A DNA stretch of 64,000 nucleotides from Antedon mediterranea (GCF_964355755.1 NC_092670.1:19578795-19642794); one strand, 5' to 3'. Numbered from the stretch's first letter, positions 36,407-48,620 are shown. Made by a program: numbers and translations. Notes: generated by a model not told the origin, from the sequence alone.

Positions 36407-37304
36407 TCATTGTTTTTCTGCACGCATGCGTAGCGCGTACATTTTCTTGTAATACGGCACGGATGCGACAACACATATTTTCACATCTTCTGGTAAATCT
36501 GTTGGATCTGCTGGAGGAGGAGACTTGTAAAAATTCTGACTTGCAAAAGCATCTTCATAATAACCACATAATTGGTTTCCCTTCATGAAGTATTCTGAAG
36601 ACTTCCATTTCTGTACAACACTATCTCCTGCATTCCAACTCAACAGATCGTCTTTATATTGAATTCCTGTCCGCTTGCAGAACTCTCCCAAGATAAATTC
36701 TGGATTTTCCAAAAGATCATCGGAATCTATGATTACTGGCCTTGGTTCGATTCCAGTTTTTACAAGATGTTCGTAGAGTTGGAAACTTTCTCCAAAAAAA
36801 TACTTTTCGGGAATAACATTGTTTTTGTTTTCCAATGAAAGTACAGTAGAATATGCCTTTCCCATTTTTTCTAACACTTTTTTCAAAGATATGAAAACCT
36901 TTACGGGATTTCGAATCAAGAATGCATGGCGGTAGCCTTCCGGTAACATGTGCAGCTTCCATGCGATACCATATATGCGACATATCCTTGACAAACACAA
37001 CTTTCTTGCCTGGATATTTAGCTTCCAGAATATTTTCTTTTATGAATTTGTATGTTGCCTTGTTTGTATCCCAACCAGCGTCAAATCCCAAGTCAACCTT
37101 ATTTGTTTTAGCTATCCTTTTCTCTAGGTCTTCTTCCAAATTTGCTGATTGCTGGAACATCTCTGGTCCAAAAGTGTACGCAGACACGTATGGTTCATTT
37201 ATGATCTGCACGTTATCGAGGTTACCCATGCTTTTTGCAAATGCAGTTGACACCGTACGAGGAATACACCAAAGAATAACACGAACTTGCTTGTCATCAG
37301 CCAT
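36407..37304 (-). pseudogene. Sulfotransferase-fold gene copy 5, frameshifted
   Basis: A 4-nt ATAT insertion at about 36971 (ACCATATATGCG versus ACCATGCG) splits it into ORFs 36717..37304 and 36407..37000. Confidence 0.85.
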
Positions 37305-40225
37305 GTTGTAGGCCTATCTATAACATAGGAATATAACACAGTGCAATTTGGTGCTGAAAAAACTTACATAAGAAATAATACATGATATGCCTATATTATA
37401 AAAAACAATATGTTTTACCTGTATTCTTTGCTCAATTTGTAAGTATAGATATCTTAAATAAAAGCAAGAAAATACACTTTAATATGGCTACCTCCTTGAA
37501 GTTTAAGATATAGTAATTAGCCTTTTGTGAAGATAGGCCTATGTATTGGCTTCCATATAAAAGTAATAACAAAGTCCAATATATTTCAATGGACTCAAGA
37601 CCCAATAGATAGGTAATCAGGGAAATTACCTTGGTCAATGATAAATAACAGATAACAGCCGTGATATTTTTTTGTTATAGATGATCTTTATTTTATCATC
37701 ACCATCGTCTGAGTATTTTCATGTCTGTTTTTAATATATTGATTGGTATAAAGAATATAATTTTAAACTAGAGGGTACTCCGAGAGTACAAACCTCCGCG
37801 CGCCTATTGTAAAATTCCCCTACATAAAATGTCCCCCGAAAATATATATATTTTTTACATTTTTTATATTAGGTCTAAGTGTAAATAGGCTAACTGCACA
37901 TTACAAAGTTGTGGATGAGAGTTTGTTATGGTTATGTATCCAGCCTCTCACAGTTGAGATCTGTGGTTCAAGTCCCACTGTGGTTTTGTTTTTATTATTA
38001 GGCCTATAATTTTGTTTTTGTTTTTTGTGGACATTGATCTTTGACCGTGACCCTTCAAAATTTAACCACAATTATATGATGAGTCATTGATCATTGTGGC
38101 TAAGTTTGGTGAGAATTGGATAAAAATTGTGGTCTCTAGGCAGTAAAATAGTTTTTTGTTAGTTGTGACCTTGACCTATGACCTTTTCCCCTCAAATTCG
38201 AACTCGTCCGAGCTTTTTAGGCATAGATCACTGTGGCCAAATTTGGTGAGAATCAAATAAAAACTGTGGCCTCCAGGCTGTTTACAGACACACACACAAA
38301 CACGCACACATACAAACCGCACCAATCAACATACTTGGCCAATTTTCAATTTGGCCAATTAACAAACAGACACACGTGATCGATTACATATACCACTTTG
38401 GCGGAGGTAAATTATAATAATACACACTAAATTTAGGCCTATTCTGTGCTCAATTTTAAGTAGATATCTTGAATAAAAGCAAGAACGTAAAATAAGTTTC
38501 AACTTCTCAGCTACGCCCTGGTAAGTTTAAGATAATGTGTATAGGCCTATTATTTGGGATTATATTGACATCCATAAACATTTAGTATGTAATGACAAAG
38601 TCCAATATATTTGAATGAACTCGAGACCCAATAGAGGGCAATTACCTTGGTCCAGTGATAAATAACAGATAACAGCCGTGATTTGTTGTTGTTGACGATA
38701 CACTTTATTTGAATTTTTGAAACGATAAACACAAGAATACATCACATTAAAGAGAAGTGACTTATAATTCAAATGTTTAACTTTCAAAATAACTTTACCC
38801 ATTTTAATTATTTCGTTGTGGAGAGGTTCTCTACGGTTATTTTGTTACCTGGGTAATAATCCTGCCTTATTGGTTTACTTTTTTGCTGTTTTCATGGACA
38901 TTTTTGTTTACGTACAATGGCGAAATAAATGATATGTGATGATTAATAATTTAATTAATCTATAACTGTTTTAAATTAAATTATACTGCAGGTCAAATTT
39001 GATTTTTATTTTGTGATGTTGAATTTACATTAAGTCTAGGCCTCATGTTAATCATAATGTAGGCTAGTATTATAATGTCTGCAGGCTGAAATTTCTGATT
39101 CAGTATACTTTGTATAACTATTTGACGCACACAAACTTATCATTGTTTTTCTGCACGCATGCGTAGCGCGTACATTTTCTTGTAATACGGCACGGATGCG
39201 GCAACACATATTTTCACATCTTCTGGTAAATCTGTTTGATCTGCTGGAGGAGGAGACTTGTAAAAATTCTGACTTGCAAAAGCATCTTCATAATAACCAC
39301 ATAATTGGTTTCCCTTCATGAAGTATTCTGAAGACTTCCATTTCTGTACAACACTATCTCCTGCATTCCAACTCAACAGATCGTCTTTATACTGAATTCC
39401 TGTCCGCTTGCAGAACTCTCCCAAGGTAAATTCTGGATTTTCCAAAAGATCATCGGAATCTATGATTACTGGCTTTGGTTCGATTCCAGTTTTTACAAGA
39501 TGTTCGTAGAGTTGGAAACTTTCTCCAAAAAAATACTTTTCGGGAATAACATTGTTTTTGTTTTCCAATGGAAGTACAGTAGAATATGCCTTTCCCATTT
39601 TTTCTAACACTTTTTTCAAAGATATGAAAACCTTTACGGGATTTCGAATCAAGAATGCATGACGATAGCCTTCTGGCAACATGTGCAGCTTCCATGCGAT
39701 ACCATGCGACATATCCTTGACAAACACAACTTTCTTGCCTGGATATCTAGCTTCCAGAATATTTTCTTTTATGAATTTGTATGTTGCCTTGTTTGTATCC
39801 CAACCAGCGTCAAATCCCAAGTCAACCTTATTTGTTTTAGCTATCCTTTTCTCTAGGTCTTCTTCCACATTTGCTGATTGCTGGAACATCTCTGGTCCAA
39901 TGGTGTACGCGGACACGTATGGTTCATTTATGATCTGCACGTCGTCAAGGTTACTCATACATTTTTCAAAGGCAGTTGACACCGTACGAGGAATACACCA
40001 AAGAATAACACGAACGAACGAGAGGGCGCTCTGGTCAGGAAACCAAGGTGACAGGCCAAACTAAGCTCTGAGTAAAATAGTTATTTTTACACCATATTTC
40101 ACTGTAAAACGAGGACTAAGTAAGTAATCCTGATTTACATAAGGATTCTGAACAAAAAGAAGTTTGTCGTTTGGTATATTACGATAATATACTCAAGTTT
40201 AACGTGTAAAATCCAACGTAGCTTA

Positions 40226-41461
40226 ATGGCTACATATCAACCGAAATCTCCCGCCGCTTCTACAGAGTCAGCGGGGGCTACGAGCAACCGAGTAAACAAA
40301 GCCGGTATGCAAACAACGCAACAACAAGGAGGTGTGAAGCCGGTGTTTTTAAAAGCAGACCAAATTCCAACCGATAAATCGTTCTTTAGAGATGAAGATC
40401 TATGCATTACATTAACAAAAATTATACCCGCCGATCACATCGTAGGTGTTCAGAAAATCCGGAATCTCTGGAGAATCTATGTCAATGATAGGAAAGACAG
40501 AGTGCAACTAATAACGAACGGTATTAACATAAGAAATTGTAATGTCACAGTGTTCGACATTAATCCATATCTTGCATATAACAAAACGGACAGTACGAGA
40601 ATCCTCATTAAAGATATTCCGTTGTCTGTAGCGGACTCCGAGATAGCAAACCGGTTAAAAGCATTGGGTTGCAAACCAGTAAGTGATATAATGAGGCAAA
40701 AAATCAGAGTCAACGGACAACTGACAAGTTGGCTTAATGGTGATAGGGCTGTCTTTGTTGAAAAAATGTCATCCCCCATACCCAGGCAAATCGTTCTAAA
40801 TGGTTTCAAAGCTCGTGTGTTTCACGAAGGACAAGAGATCAAATGTAACAAATGCTTGAAAAATGGACACGAAGCTTATCAATGTAAGGCTAATAGAGTA
40901 TGCTTTAAATGTCACCAAGAAGGTCATACTATGAGCACTTGCAACAATGAAATAGGCCAACAGCAAATATCAGCCAACTCAATGGGATCAACAGGGGCAT
41001 ATATTAACCGTATGTGGGAATCATTTGTGCACACTCCAATACCAAAACAAATAACAGATAAAGACTTAAAGATAACAGATAAAGATAAATCACATGATAA
41101 TGCAAACCCAAATTCAGACACAGAAGTAGATATTGATGAAGTGTTCAGCTCACAAGATACTGCAGATGACAGCAGCGGAAGTGAATCTGATGAAGAACAA
41201 GAACATGTAAAAGACAAAGATATAATAATTTTGGACAGTGAGGAAAAGACCATTAGTGAAGCAAGTGAAAGCAAAGAACAGAAGAAGGTAACAGATTTTT
41301 TTGTTTCTTCCACTCAAAACTCAAAAAGTAACAATGAAAGGAAAGGGGCTACCACTGATGAAAGTAGAACTGAAAAAGATTTAAAGGAAACATCACCAGA
41401 AAATCCACCACAGAAAACCAAAAAAAAAATCAACCTAAGGAAAAGGGTTACAAGGAAGTAA
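40226..41461 (+). CDS. Tx1 ORF1 nucleic-acid-binding protein, 411 aa
   Basis: RRM-like N-terminal region, two CCHC zinc knuckles (CNKCLKNGHEAYQC, CFKCHQEGHTMSTC), and an acidic then basic tail. Confidence 0.9.
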   Translation: MATYQPKSPAASTESAGATSNRVNKAGMQTTQQQGGVKPVFLKADQIPTDKSFFRDEDLCITLTKIIPADHIVGVQKIRNLWRIYVNDRKDRVQLITNGINIRNCNVTVFDINPYLAYNKTDSTRILIKDIPLSVADSEIANRLKALGCKPVSDIMRQKIRVNGQLTSWLNGDRAVFVEKMSSPIPRQIVLNGFKARVFHEGQEIKCNKCLKNGHEAYQCKANRVCFKCHQEGHTMSTCNNEIGQQQISANSMGSTGAYINRMWESFVHTPIPKQITDKDLKITDKDKSHDNANPNSDTEVDIDEVFSSQDTADDSSGSESDEEQEHVKDKDIIILDSEEKTISEASESKEQKKVTDFFVSSTQNSKSNNERKGATTDESRTEKDLKETSPENPPQKTKKKINLRKRVTRK

Positions 41462-41581
41462 GTTGCAGAACTACTGTATCATACTGTGCAATATGACTTC
41501 AAATGTTTATTATTACAATTTAGTTTTTTTATTTAAGATAAATTGTAAAGTTTATAAAATGTTGTTATATTTAATAATCAT

Positions 41582-44500
41582 ATGACACCAAACATACACC
41601 TTTTATCATTAAATGTTAGAGGATTTAGAGAAAAACAAAAACAAATTAGTATTTTTAAATGGGTCAAAGACAACAAAGCAGATATCATCTTCATTCAAGA
41701 ATCACATTTGACAAATGATAAAACCCAGTCACTGAATGATATATGGCAAGGTGATTCCTACCACTGCTTTGGCTCATCACACAGTAGAGGAACATCCACA
41801 TTTATTGCTAGTAAAATTCAACACAGGGTAACAAAACAATACAAAGATATTAATGGTAGATTTTTACTTCTAAGAGTTGAAATAGATGACAACTATTTCA
41901 TTCTTGTCAATTCATATGCCCCAAATTATGTAAAAGATCGATGTTCTTACTTCAGGACTTTACATAAAACAATTAGTGACTTCAAAGAAAGCAAAAATGA
42001 TAAAATAATTATAGGTGGTGACATGAATTGTGCTCTAGACAGAAAATTTGACCAAAAAGGTAGTGTCGATAGAGTAGATAATTCTGTTTTTACAATAACA
42101 CATTTTATGAAAAATCTGAATCTTAATGACATCTGGAGAAAAAATAACCCGGATACATGTCAATTCACATGGCGAAGGAAATCCACCCAAACATACAGAA
42201 GGTTGGACTATTTTTTTATATCTAACGACTTATGTGAATATGTTAACACATGTGATATCAGGCCGTCAATCATGTCTGATCACCAAGCCATATCCTTAAA
42301 AATAAGTTTAACTAATGAAGAAAGAGGCCCAGGATTATGGAAAATGAACAATTCTCACTTAGATAATGAAGATTATATAAACAACATCAAAAACATAATA
42401 GAAAGAGCTAGATTAGAAGAACTTAACCCAAAGGATAAATGGGAAATGATTAAAGTAAAAATAAAGGAATTCTCCATAAAATATGGGAAAATGAAAAATA
42501 AAAATAAATGCAAAAGAAAAGAAATACTTCAACAGGAAATTGCTATCATTAATGATTTAATTATGAAAAAGGATAATACTGATAATAATATCCAGTATGA
42601 AACAGAATTAGATCAAAAAAAGAATGAACTTGAGCAAATTTACCTATTGGAAGCTAAAGGCGCTCAAATTAGGTCAAGAGTAAAGTGGATAGAAGATGGC
42701 GAACGAAACACTAAATACTTTCTTGGTTTAGAGAAAAATAATAGTAATAAAAAACATATTAAAAAATTAAAAAAACAGGACGGATCCATTATATCAAATT
42801 CCACAGAGATATTGAAGGAAGAGGTTAATTTCTTCAAAAAAATATATGCAAAACAAGATGTTCCTTACAAATCAATTGATAAGTACCTATCTCATGTTAA
42901 TTTAACTAAACTCACAGAGGCAGAACAAGAGATGTGTGAGGGTCATCTCTCTCTCTTCGAATGTGAGCAAGCAATAAAGAAAATGAAAAAAAATAAAGCT
43001 CCAGGCAGTGACGGTTTAACAGTTGAGTTTTATCAACTCTTCTGGTACCTTATCTGTGACCTTGTTTGTGATGCACTAAATTATGGTTTTGCCACACAAG
43101 AAATGTCTGTGTCACAAAGAAGGGGAATAATCAACCTTATTTACAAAAAAGGTGATCACAAAGATTTAAATAACTGGCGCCCTATCACATTACTCAATAT
43201 TGACTACAAAATAGCTTCTTTTGTTCTTACAACAAGATTACATCGAGTTGCAAAGTATATAATAAACAATGACCAAAAAGGGTATGTAAAAGGTCGCTTT
43301 GGTGGTGACAATATAAGACTAATAGAGGACATAATTACTTACATGGAAAATGAACAGCTTGAAGGTATACTTATAAGTTTAGATTTCCAAAAAGCATTTG
43401 ACAGTGTCAATAGATCATTTTTAATAGAAGCCTTAAATAAATTCAATTTTGGTATTTCATTTGTGAACTGGGTAAAAGCACTGTATAACAATACAAATTG
43501 TATATTCACAAATAATGGTTGGCAATCAGAAAGTTTTGCAATGCACCAAGGTATTAGACAAGGATGTCCCTTGTCTGCTCTATTGTTTATTTTAGTAGCT
43601 GAAGTCCTAGCTACAAAAATAAGAGCATGCGATATGGTCAAAGGCCTGATTGTTCCTGCAGGCAATGGTATATTTAAAGATATTAAGATTGCACAGCTAG
43701 CAGATGACACTGTGCTTTTTCTAAAGGATATAAATAGTATAGATAACAGCATAAGTATTATTGAAAAGTTTGGAGAGGTTTCTGGATTAAAATTAAATAA
43801 GAATAAAACAAATGCTTTTTGGCTTGGCAGTTTAAGAGACTGCAAGGACACACATGGTAACATTTCTTGGACATCCACACCAATTCGGATATTAGGTATC
43901 TATGTTGGACATGATAAGGAATATTGTTATCAAAAGAACTGGAAAGAAAAAATAGACGCATTAGAAAATACCCTAAAAACATGGGAGAAAAGACACCTCA
44001 CTTTTTTTGGAAGAATTACTATTGTAAAAACATTAGCGCTCTCAAAAATTATATACAATTCCTGCATTTTGCTAGTACCAGAAAAAGTAATAAAAGAGGT
44101 GGATAAATTAATTTTTAAATTCATTTGGGAAACTAAGAAAGAGAAAATAAAAAGAAAAACCATGTGTGCCAATTACAGTCAAGGTGGTCTAAAAATGGTA
44201 GAATTCAGATCTCAGGTAATATCTTTCCAAGTTAAATGGTACAGGAGACTGTATGAAAACGATGATGCCAAATGGAAATATTTACCTACATTTTATATAG
44301 AAAAGATAGGCCCAAAATCATTAACCTCAAATTTATCAAAAGTTCCGTGTAATATATCCGTACCACCATTTTACCTCTCAGTTATTAAGTCTATAGCAGT
44401 AGCTAATGCTTGTAATAATAGATTAAATAAGGAACCAATAAGCTATGATGACATTATTAATCAATCATTATGGGGTAATGAGTTTATATGTATTAAAAAG

Positions 44501-45262
44501 AAGCCGTTATATAACTGTAACTGGATTAGTTCAGGGTTTTTAAAAATATATGATGTAATAAATAATAATGTGTTTAAGCCTGCGATAGAGATAAAAAGAA
44601 GGTTAAGATGTACACAAAATTGGATCAGTGAATATTCATGTATATTGAAAGCCATTCCAAAAGAATGGAAATGTATTTTAAAATCAACACATGACATTAA
44701 TGTAAATGATATACCTATTACAAACAATAAGGTCTTAAATATGACGTCTAGACAATTATATAGATTCATAATAGATGCTCAATATATTACACCTACGGCA
44801 CAGGTTAAGTGGGAATCCATATTTGGTAATATGCCATGGACAAAAATATGGGTTAAGAAAGTTTCTGGTCTTAAAGAAAAAAAACTGGCACATTTTAATT
44901 TTAAATTGTTGCACAGAATATTGCCAACAAATGAAAGATTACATAGGTGGAGACTTGTAAATTCCCCATGTTGTGACACATGCAATGTTATTGAGAATGA
45001 TAAACATATGTTAGTAGAGTGCATAACAGTAAAATGTTTATGGAGAGAGATAAACGAAATAATTAGAGCAGTAAGCATACATATTCCTGTTTTTTCTTTC
45101 AAAAGACTTTTATTTGAAACTGACAATAATTACGTAAATAAATTATACACTTTAGGAGCATTTTGTATTTATAAAGTAAAGATATTAAGTTTATTGGAAA
45201 AAGAAAAAAAAATCAATCTCCTACAAATGTTTAAATCTGAAAAAAAGATAAGAAATATGTAA
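41582..45262 (+). CDS. Tx1 ORF2: APE endonuclease, reverse transcriptase and C-terminal zinc knuckle, 1226 aa
   Basis: SLNVRG, IQESH, GGDMN, RLDYFF, SDHQ (APE); KAPGSDG, WRPITLLNIDYK, LDFQKAFDSV, GIRQGCPLS, QLADD (RT); CDTC...H...C. Confidence 0.96.
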   Translation: MTPNIHLLSLNVRGFREKQKQISIFKWVKDNKADIIFIQESHLTNDKTQSLNDIWQGDSYHCFGSSHSRGTSTFIASKIQHRVTKQYKDINGRFLLLRVEIDDNYFILVNSYAPNYVKDRCSYFRTLHKTISDFKESKNDKIIIGGDMNCALDRKFDQKGSVDRVDNSVFTITHFMKNLNLNDIWRKNNPDTCQFTWRRKSTQTYRRLDYFFISNDLCEYVNTCDIRPSIMSDHQAISLKISLTNEERGPGLWKMNNSHLDNEDYINNIKNIIERARLEELNPKDKWEMIKVKIKEFSIKYGKMKNKNKCKRKEILQQEIAIINDLIMKKDNTDNNIQYETELDQKKNELEQIYLLEAKGAQIRSRVKWIEDGERNTKYFLGLEKNNSNKKHIKKLKKQDGSIISNSTEILKEEVNFFKKIYAKQDVPYKSIDKYLSHVNLTKLTEAEQEMCEGHLSLFECEQAIKKMKKNKAPGSDGLTVEFYQLFWYLICDLVCDALNYGFATQEMSVSQRRGIINLIYKKGDHKDLNNWRPITLLNIDYKIASFVLTTRLHRVAKYIINNDQKGYVKGRFGGDNIRLIEDIITYMENEQLEGILISLDFQKAFDSVNRSFLIEALNKFNFGISFVNWVKALYNNTNCIFTNNGWQSESFAMHQGIRQGCPLSALLFILVAEVLATKIRACDMVKGLIVPAGNGIFKDIKIAQLADDTVLFLKDINSIDNSISIIEKFGEVSGLKLNKNKTNAFWLGSLRDCKDTHGNISWTSTPIRILGIYVGHDKEYCYQKNWKEKIDALENTLKTWEKRHLTFFGRITIVKTLALSKIIYNSCILLVPEKVIKEVDKLIFKFIWETKKEKIKRKTMCANYSQGGLKMVEFRSQVISFQVKWYRRLYENDDAKWKYLPTFYIEKIGPKSLTSNLSKVPCNISVPPFYLSVIKSIAVANACNNRLNKEPISYDDIINQSLWGNEFICIKKKPLYNCNWISSGFLKIYDVINNNVFKPAIEIKRRLRCTQNWISEYSCILKAIPKEWKCILKSTHDINVNDIPITNNKVLNMTSRQLYRFIIDAQYITPTAQVKWESIFGNMPWTKIWVKKVSGLKEKKLAHFNFKLLHRILPTNERLHRWRLVNSPCCDTCNVIENDKHMLVECITVKCLWREINEIIRAVSIHIPVFSFKRLLFETDNNYVNKLYTLGAFCIYKVKILSLLEKEKKINLLQMFKSEKKIRNM

Positions 45263-45344
45263 ATCTGCAGGTATACTGTATATGCTCAACCAGATTAAGG
45301 AAGAAAATATGTAAATGAGATACCATGAATGATGAATCTATTAT

Positions 45345-45384
<40 letters not shown>

Positions 45385-48300
45385 CTACTATACTGTATAT
45401 TTTGTAAATATGTATACCTTGATGATTTGAAAAAAAAAAGACAAAATGTGAAAAGCTTTTTATAGATTGATGATAAAAAAAAATGATGAAGGATAAGAAG
45501 GTTTAGGTTTAAGTGGTGAAGTGTTTTCATCAAAGCTTTCATATTATAGGTATATACCGTATATATGTAATTTGCACATTCTTACTGCATGTGGAATTTT
45601 GAAATGATAAAATGGTTAAAAAGAAAAAAAAAAATGTCAAATTTTTTTAATGGATCATTAAACACAAATGTTGTTAAATGATAATGTATGTATAAAAAAA
45701 TAATAGAATAAATAATAAGTAAAAAAAAATAATTGAATGAACCCACATAGGAAAAAAAAAGTTAAATGAAACTTTGATGGGTTATACTGTAGATGCAAAA
45801 AAGGATAATCTGTTGGAAATAAATTTTGTAAACATTTAAAGATAAAAAAAAATCAATGTTAAAGGATGAGGAAAATATAATGTTAACAGTAAAAAGTTAG
45901 TAAGTAATTAGTATAACCGAGAATATGCATTGTTTAAATGAAAATATGTTTGCATAGATAAACCCAAAGAAAAATAAAATGGGACAAACCCATGGGATGG
46001 ATTTATTAAACATAAACGTATTATAATTGTATGAAATAAATATGCATGTAGATGAAAAAAAACCAAAAACAACTATGTAAGAAAAAATAAGCTTTGTTAA
46101 TGAAAATGTGTTATAGATAATATGTATAAAAAGAGGAAACTATGTAATCAATGTGGTTAAATGATAATGTATGTATAAACAAAATAATATATGGAAATAG
46201 TTTTTTTTTTTTTTTTAAAGAAAATAAGTAAAAAAAAAAAAGTGGAATGAATCCACATAAGAGAAGAAAGTAAAAAAGTTAAATGAAAATTTAAGAAGTT
46301 ATAGATGCAAAAAAGGATCTGCTGGTTTTGTAAACATTAAAGAACAAAAATATTAATATTAATGTTAAAGGATGAGAACAATATTATGTTAACAGTAAAC
46401 ATTTAGTAAGTAATGAGTATAACAGAGAATATGCATTGTTAAATGAAAATGTGGTAGATGAAAAAAATCAAAAACAACTATGTAAGAAAAAAAATAAGCT
46501 TGTTAATGAAAATGTGTTACAGATAATATGTTTAAAAAGAGGAAGCTATGTAATCAATGTGATAATATGTAAACAAATGAATAAAACTCTTTAAATAAGT
46601 ATATGTATACAGATGATTAAACAAACATTGTAAATATAATGATATGTATAGTGTATAGTGAAAAATATATGTAAAGAGAACAGTGGTATGGAAATAAAAG
46701 TGGGATGAACCCACATAAGATAAAAAAAAAAAAAAAGAATAACACGAACTTGCTTGTCATCAGCCATGTTGTAGGCCTATCTATAACATAGGAATATAAC
46801 ACAGTGCAATTTGGTGCTGAAAAAACTTACATAAGAAATAATACATGATATGCCTATATTATAAAAAACAATATGTTTTACCTGTATTCTTTGCTCAATT
46901 TGTAAGTATAGATATCTTAAATAAAAGCAAGAAAATACACTTTAATATGGCTACTTCCTTGAAGTTTAAGATACAGTAATTAGCCTTTTGTGAAGATAGG
47001 CCTATGTATTGGCTTCCATATAAAAGTAATAACAAAGTCCAATATATTTCAATGGACTCAAGACCCAATAGATAGGTAATCAGGGAAATTACCTTGGTCA
47101 ATGATAAATAACAGATAACAGCCGTGATATTTTTTTGTTATAGATGATCTTTATTTTATCATCACCATCGTCTGAGTATTTTCATGTCTGTTTTTAATAT
47201 ATTGATTGGTATAAAGAATATAATTTTAAACTAGAGGGTACTCCGAGAGTACAAACCTCCGCGCGCCTATTGTAAAATTCCCCTACATAAAATGTCCCCC
47301 GAAAATATATATATTTTTTACATTTTGTATATTAGGTCTAAGTGTAAATAGGCTAACTGCACATTACAAAGTTGTGGATGAGAGTTTGTTGTAATGGTTA
47401 TGTATCCAGCCTCTCACAGTTGAGATCTGTGGTTCAAGTCCCACTGTGGTTTTGTTTTTATTATTAGGCCTATAAGTTTGTTTTTGTTTTTTGTGGACAT
47501 TGATCTTTGACCGTGACCCTTCAAAATTTAACCACAATTATATGATGAGTCATTGATCATTGTGGCTAAGTTTGGTGAGAATTGGATAAAAATTGTGGTC
47601 TCTAGGCAGTAAAATCATTTTTTGTTAGTTGTGACCTTGACCTATGACCTTTTCCCCTCAAATTCGAACTCGTCAAAACTGTGGCCTCCAGACTGTTCAC
47701 AGATACACACACAAACACGCACACATACAAACCGCACCAATCAACATACTTGGTCAATTTTCAATTTGGCCAATTAACAAACAGACACACGCGATCGATT
47801 ACATATACCATTTTGGCGGAGGTAAATTAATAATAACTAGAGGGTTCGCTCGCTTCGCTCGCGACCCTCTAGTGGGTGTACCCGAATGGTCCTCAAAAGC
47901 ATGAACAACGCCTCTGGAAATGGAAGCCCGGGTGACACCTATGCATATGACTGTTGAGTAATGCATCTTTATTTTGTGATGTTTCATGGTGGTCCATAAA
48001 TTAGGTACACCAAAAATATCGCTTCCAGGGTAATATAGCAAATTAGAGTATATTGTTACAGGGAAAATTATAAGGTAACATGGGTATTCTATGTGGGACT
48101 GTTGAAATGCCATTAGCGTTCTGATGAGGTAGTAAGAATGTTAAATGACATTAGAGGGATGTAGATGGATGGTAACTGAACACACGAAGTTGTTGGTAAA
48201 ATGTACGCGTGTATCGCCTCCTTAAGGAAGGTTGCATTTATTACGAATTTAAACTCTGGTAGGCCTATATCTGAGTGTATGGTACTACTGCACACAGATT

Positions 48301-48620
48301 TAGCAAAAGATTACAAATAAAGATGTCACCAACGATAGAAGAACCCACAAAGACCTACAGTAAGTAATATGAAATGTTACAACAACTAAGACGACCCTTT
48401 CCTAGACTCATGGAAGTTACATCGGTTCAATTGGTACAAAAAAAGTACAATAATGAGGTTATAATAGTGTTTCTAATGAATAATGCACAATCCTGGCATC
48501 TGTTTATATAAATTACAAAGTGACATTTAGAATACTACTGTTCCTAGCCATTGTGAAGACACAATGTGTCAGGTAGTTTGAGTAATAAGCTTACATGCAA
48601 ATCACAATATTATGTTTCAT

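Larger units (their letters stand above)
40016..46733 (+). mobile_element. Full-length Tx1/L1-clade non-LTR retrotransposon
   Basis: 16-bp TSD AAAGAATAACACGAAC (40000-40015 and 46734-46749; boundary with the poly-A is ambiguous), poly-A tail, and two intact ORFs. Confidence 0.95.
39140..46767 (-). pseudogene. Sulfotransferase-fold gene copy 6, disrupted by a Tx1/L1 insertion near codon 11
   Basis: ATG at 46765-46767 (MADDKQVRVIL). The remainder, otherwise open, is at 39140-40015. Confidence 0.88.
34593..47836. repeat. ~2.7-kb tandem segmental duplication: two full units plus a third partial unit
   Basis: 34593-37304 is nearly identical to 37305-40015 plus 46750-46767. The third unit, 46768-47836, is cut off by the Helitron. 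Confidence 0.9.

Noticed and set aside
34720-38802. Repeated short ORFs (MTKVI..., MFIVSK..., MMYSCV...)
   Set aside because: Their recurrence is explained by the recent 2.7-kb duplication; no coding signature is evident.
43690-43712. RT active site QLADD instead of YADD as a sign of inactivation or novelty
   Set aside because: The catalytic aspartates are intact and LADD-type variants occur in invertebrate Tx1 elements; the element clearly transposed recently.
48121-48140. Other CTGATGA/CTGAAGA motifs as hammerheads (48121, 21261, 58755)
   Set aside because: No stem II followed by GAAA, so the core is incomplete.
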